From Bacteroidota bacterium (GTDB lineage: Bacteria > Bacteroidota > Bacteroidia > UKL13-3), in assembly GCA_025359805.1 (NCBI GenBank), contig JANYDU010000030.1:22825-86824 (forward strand): a stretch of 64,000 bases of DNA. The letters run 5' to 3'. Each line of letters opens with the position of its first letter. Position 1 is the stretch's first letter. A program made the translations under genes and the position numbers. Below the pieces are notes generated by a model. That model did no database searches and was not told the origin of the DNA. It saw only the letters and a program-made list of their open reading frames with translations. Positions 60,098 through 64,000 of the stretch are shown piece after piece.

Positions 60098-63000
60098 ATG
60101 AAAATGAAAACTCTACCTTTAATTTTTGCAATTTTATTTACTCAAATATTTGCATCCGCTCAACAATTATTTACCGAAAACTTTAGTTACACAAACTCAC
60201 AAGCACTTAGTTCAAACAATTGGACAATTGCAAGTGGAAGTACTTCTCCAATTGTTACAAGCTCGGGCTTAACTTATAGCGGTTATGTGTTATCGAATAT
60301 TGGAAATGCCGCTGCTCTAAACACAAGTGGACAAGGTGTGGTTAGAGATGGAGTGACAAATATAAATAGCGGAAATATTTACACTTCGTTTATGATAAAT
60401 GTTTCTGCAGCTTCCACAAGTGGCGATTATTTTTTCTCTTTGCTACCTCAAGGAGCGGCTGGTTTAAACACTTCTTTTGGACGCGTATATGCAAAATTAT
60501 CAAGCACAGGGTACTATAAATTAGGCATTCAAAAATTTAATGAAACTGTTGCGTATGGCAACGATAGTTTTGCGATTGGCGCCACCATTTTGGTAGTTGC
60601 AAAATATAAATTTGCAGCAAGTTCTGGTAATGATTCATGTATGATATATGGATTTTCAAGTGGCGTTCCATCAACAGAACCAACTACTCCAAGTGCTGTA
60701 ACAACCAGTTCTATTGCATCTCCTTCATCAGGTTTTGGAAGATATGCTTTACGTTTTGGAACAAGTTCTCCCACACTTATTATTGATGGAATTAGGTCAG
60801 GACAAACATGGGCGGATGTGAATTCTCCAACTACTAATCCTGTACAAGCAGTTTCATCTCCAACATTCACAAGCAACTCAGGAACCATTGCTACAATTAC
60901 TTGGAACAAACCTGCAAGTTTTATTGGCACCACAATGACTACTTTGGTATTTGTAAAATCGGCATCAGCAATTACAACCGGAACTCCAACCAATAGTTTG
61001 AACTCATACACTGCCAATCCAAATTTCTCAACTGCAACATCATCTTTTCAAAATGATGCCAATGCAAAATGTGTGTTTAAAGATACTACAAACACAATTA
61101 CCGTTTCTGGTTTAACACAGGGAACAACTTATTATGCTTCGATTTATATTGTTAGAAATTCTGATACCGTTTACTCTCTCCCAATTACTGTTAATGGAAC
61201 AATGCCAGTTACATCACCAAATCCAATTACCAATATTACTTATACTTCAACCGGACAAACAACTGCAACTATTAATTTTACAAAACCTACTGGATATAAT
61301 AATGCAACAAATACGATGGTACTTTTTATTAAACCATCCTCATCTATCATTCAGGGAAATCCAATAGCAGATCCTAATAATTTTATTGCCAATACAAACT
61401 ATACAGGCATAAGTACAAAATTTGAAAACGACACAACTGCTCATTGTATTTTTGTAGGTGATACAAATTTTGTTTCGATAACAGGATTAAGCCCAGCTAC
61501 AAATTATTATATATTGGGCTATGCCATTAATAACCCCGACTCGAGCTACTCAACCCCCACAACAGGAACAGGAAGAACCAATAGCCCAAATCCTCAAGCA
61601 GTAACAACATTAACATTTACTGCAACGGGAACCACTAATGCAAACATTACTTGGAACAAGGGATCAAATTATTATAATTCTTTATTTACCACTTTAGTTT
61701 TTGTAAAACAAAGTCCTCCAAATATTACAGCAGGAACTCCAAACAGAAACCCCAATACCATTGCGGATAATATCATTTTTGCAAGTGGATCATCATACCA
61801 AAATGATGCAAATGCTTATTGCGTTTTTAAAGGTGATACAAATACGGTTTCTATTTCGGGATTAACTGCAGGCACAAATTATTCTATTTTAGTTTATGTG
61901 GTTAGGGATATAGATTCATTGTATTCATCATCAACAACAGGAATAGGAGCCACACAAGCTGCACCCCCTGCTGATGTTACAGGTGTAACTTTCTCTGCAC
62001 TCACTTCAACATCAGCTCGTGTTGCATGGACACTTCCAACAGGATTTAACCCAGGAACTTCAAGGGTATTGGTTTTAGTAAAACAAGGTTCATCTATTGT
62101 TGCGGGTACTCCAACTCATGCAATAAATTTTTATACAGCAAATACTGTTTTTGGAAATGGTACTTCTTATCAAAACGACCCATCAGCTTTTTGTGTATAT
62201 CGAGGAACACTATCTAATGTTACCATTACTAACTTAAATACAAGTGGTACTTATTATGTATTGGTTTATATTGTTCGTCAGGCAGATTCTGTATACTCAG
62301 CCGGAGCAACAGCTTCGGGCACTACTCAATCTCCACTGGATGTAACTAATGTTGCTGTTACAGGTATTTCAACCACAGCTGCTGCAATTACTTGGACACG
62401 TCCAACAAACTATTCAAATGCAGGATATACCACATTGGTGTTTTTTAAACAAGCATCGGCAGTATTAGCAGGAACACCATCCAGTGGAGTAAACTCATAT
62501 ACAGCAAATGCATCTTTCGCAACGGGTTCTTTTTATCAAAATGATGCATCAGCTTGGTGTGTTTATAAAGGTGATAGCAGTTCTGTAAATGTTTCTAATA
62601 TTAACAATAGCACTCCTTATTATGTGTTGATTTATGTTGTTCGTGATGCAGATTCCGCATACTCGATAAATGGAGCAACCGCAAGTGGAAGTGCTTTAGC
62701 CACTCCTCCACCCGCACCTACAGATGTAAACGGAGTTGGCTTTACTGGCACATCAACCATATCAGCAAAAATAACTTGGATTAAACCTTCTGGATATACC
62801 AATCCAACTTTTACCACTTTGGTTTTTGTAAAACAAGGAGCAACTATTTTAAGTGGAACTCCAACAAAAACCGTAACTTATTATACTGCCAATTCAAGTT
62901 TTGGATTAGGAAATGGTTTTCAGAATGATCCATCGGCAAGATGTGTGTATAAAGGGGATACTGATTTTGTGAATATTTCCAACATCAATAATTCTGCACC

Positions 63001-64000
63001 TTATTATGTGCTTATATATATAGTGAGAGATTATGATTCAGTGTATTCATCTCCGGGCGCTACAACAACAGGAAGTGCATTAGCCACTCCTCCACCTCCA
63101 ACAGATGCAAGTGCAATTACCTTTACAGGAATATCAACCACAGCTGCAAAAGTATCGTGGACACGACCAACAGCTTATAGTATTTCATCATACACTACAT
63201 TGGTATTTGTTAAACAATCATCAATCATAAATAGTGGAACACCATCCAAATCAGTAACTTTTTATAATGCCAATTCAAGTTTTGGTTTAGGAAATAGTTT
63301 CCAAAATGATGCTTCTGCAAGATGTGTATTTAAGGGCGACAGTGATTTTGTAAACATCACCAATATCAATAATTCTGCACCTTATTATGTACTTGTTTAT
63401 ATAGTTAGGGATGCAGATTCTGTATACTCATCAACAACGGGAGCAACAGGAAGTGGAAGTGCTTTAGCTTCTCCCCCTCCTCCTCCAACAGATGTAAATG
63501 GCGTAACATTTACAGGTTTAAGTACAACAGCTGCAAAAATATCGTGGACTAAACCTTCGAGTTATGATAATAATATTTTAACCACATTGGTATTTGTTAA
63601 AAAATTAGCGACAATTAATTCTGGAACACCATCACGTTCAGTAAATACAATTACTGCGAACCCATTTTTTGGATTGGGATCAACTTATCAAAATGATGCT
63701 TCAGCAAAATGTGTTTTTAAGGGCGATACTAATTTCATAAATATTGGAAATATTACTAATGATGCTTCATACTATTTACTTATTTATGTAGTAAGAGATT
63801 TTGATTCAACCTATTCAATAAATGGAGCAATTGGAAATGGAAATGCGCTCCCTACTCCACCCATTCCTCCATACTACAATATAGGTCAAATAAATACTTC
63901 AAATGCCTTAACAGGAAATGCAGATTCATTAAATGTGAGAGTTGGATTAAGAGGAATTGTTTATGGATTTAATGAACGTAATTTAGGGGTGGAATTTTTA
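60098..64000 (+). CDS. Giant modular surface protein; first 1301 aa only (runs off the right edge)
   Basis: Absent from the ORF track. The ATG at 60098 gives MKMKTLPLIFAILFTQIFASAQQ. I translated the whole frame by hand and it is stop-free to position 64000. It has a ~245-aa N-terminal domain and 8 FN3-like repeats. An OB-fold-like module then starts (YYNIGQINTSN...GIVYGFNER) at 63871. Confidence 0.85.
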   Translation, partial: MKMKTLPLIFAILFTQIFASAQQLFTENFSYTNSQALSSNNWTIASGSTSPIVTSSGLTYSGYVLSNIGNAAALNTSGQGVVRDGVTNINSGNIYTSFMINVSAASTSGDYFFSLLPQGAAGLNTSFGRVYAKLSSTGYYKLGIQKFNETVAYGNDSFAIGATILVVAKYKFAASSGNDSCMIYGFSSGVPSTEPTTPSAVTTSSIASPSSGFGRYALRFGTSSPTLIIDGIRSGQTWADVNSPTTNPVQAVSSPTFTSNSGTIATITWNKPASFIGTTMTTLVFVKSASAITTGTPTNSLNSYTANPNFSTATSSFQNDANAKCVFKDTTNTITVSGLTQGTTYYASIYIVRNSDTVYSLPITVNGTMPVTSPNPITNITYTSTGQTTATINFTKPTGYNNATNTMVLFIKPSSSIIQGNPIADPNNFIANTNYTGISTKFENDTTAHCIFVGDTNFVSITGLSPATNYYILGYAINNPDSSYSTPTTGTGRTNSPNPQAVTTLTFTATGTTNANITWNKGSNYYNSLFTTLVFVKQSPPNITAGTPNRNPNTIADNIIFASGSSYQNDANAYCVFKGDTNTVSISGLTAGTNYSILVYVVRDIDSLYSSSTTGIGATQAAPPADVTGVTFSALTSTSARVAWTLPTGFNPGTSRVLVLVKQGSSIVAGTPTHAINFYTANTVFGNGTSYQNDPSAFCVYRGTLSNVTITNLNTSGTYYVLVYIVRQADSVYSAGATASGTTQSPLDVTNVAVTGISTTAAAITWTRPTNYSNAGYTTLVFFKQASAVLAGTPSSGVNSYTANASFATGSFYQNDASAWCVYKGDSSSVNVSNINNSTPYYVLIYVVRDADSAYSINGATASGSALATPPPAPTDVNGVGFTGTSTISAKITWIKPSGYTNPTFTTLVFVKQGATILSGTPTKTVTYYTANSSFGLGNGFQNDPSARCVYKGDTDFVNISNINNSAPYYVLIYIVRDYDSVYSSPGATTTGSALATPPPPTDASAITFTGISTTAAKVSWTRPTAYSISSYTTLVFVKQSSIINSGTPSKSVTFYNANSSFGLGNSFQNDASARCVFKGDSDFVNITNINNSAPYYVLVYIVRDADSVYSSTTGATGSGSALASPPPPPTDVNGVTFTGLSTTAAKISWTKPSSYDNNILTTLVFVKKLATINSGTPSRSVNTITANPFFGLGSTYQNDASAKCVFKGDTNFINIGNITNDASYYLLIYVVRDFDSTYSINGAIGNGNALPTPPIPPYYNIGQINTSNALTGNADSLNVRVGLRGIVYGFNERNLGVEFL
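60836..63876 (+). repeat. Eight tandem FN3-like coding repeats, period 366-387 nt
   Basis: The W/F codon of the (I/V)xW(T/N)KP motif falls at 60902, 61277, 61652, 62027, 62393, 62777, 63158 and 63545. From repeat 5 on, Pro-rich linkers separate the units. Confidence 0.85.

Noticed and set aside
60529-61017. 162-aa minus-strand ORF (and the 61-aa ORF at 62632..62817)
   Set aside because: Both are antisense to the long plus-strand repeat-protein frame. The open antisense frame follows from the Thr/Ala/Gly/Val-rich codon usage of that gene.

Overview
This is an AT-rich, densely coded chromosomal segment of about 60 genes that reads as Bacteroidota (Flavobacteriia/Cytophagia-like). Supporting signs are type-A T9SS C-terminal sorting domains, a TonB-dependent receptor with a carboxypeptidase-regulatory-like N-terminus, beta-propeller/Y_Y_Y kinases paired with LytTR regulators, TTTG/TAnnTTTG promoter boxes, a stand-alone atpDC pair and a short epsilon subunit. 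Housekeeping genes are interleaved with accessory envelope and surface loci. These genes are hldD, pdxH, rdgB, ilvE, serS, a cyclophilin, lpdA, acs, dprA, an ABC-F ATPase, hppD, atpD/atpC, tRNA-Cys and a CAU-anticodon tRNA. Two long ORFs run off the window edges and are therefore missing from the supplied ORF track: 1..2281 (-) and 60098..64000 (+). I found no CRISPR array, transposase, integrase, prophage or recognisable defence system. The best candidates for something undescribed are five. (1) A surface locus at 28.1-39.6 kb holds a TonB receptor, a beta-helix lipoprotein and an atypical metallophosphoesterase. These lie divergent from a T9SS-secreted EEP nuclease/phosphatase and two T9SS cargo proteins built from a triplicated, unrecognised ~200-aa 'HYWxFNN...RNPSDSMQ...RFDNxxxEGD' domain. 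The locus is flanked by an OMP/PagL-like/kinase/LytTR operon. (2) An FN3-like repeat with an invariant [FY]-[QE]-N-D-x-x-A-x-C motif occurs 10 times across two loci. (3) Three 9-bp direct repeats at 21/20-bp spacing, the LytTR-box architecture, lie upstream of the first kinase/LytTR operon. (4) An operon couples an unannotated 55-aa membrane ORF, a methyltransferase and an LtaS/EptA-like transferase. (5) A B12-radical-SAM/hppD pair sits next to a tightly overlapped LOG/DUF2132/SRPBCC/RluF operon. All family assignments come from motif recognition by eye; no searches were run.
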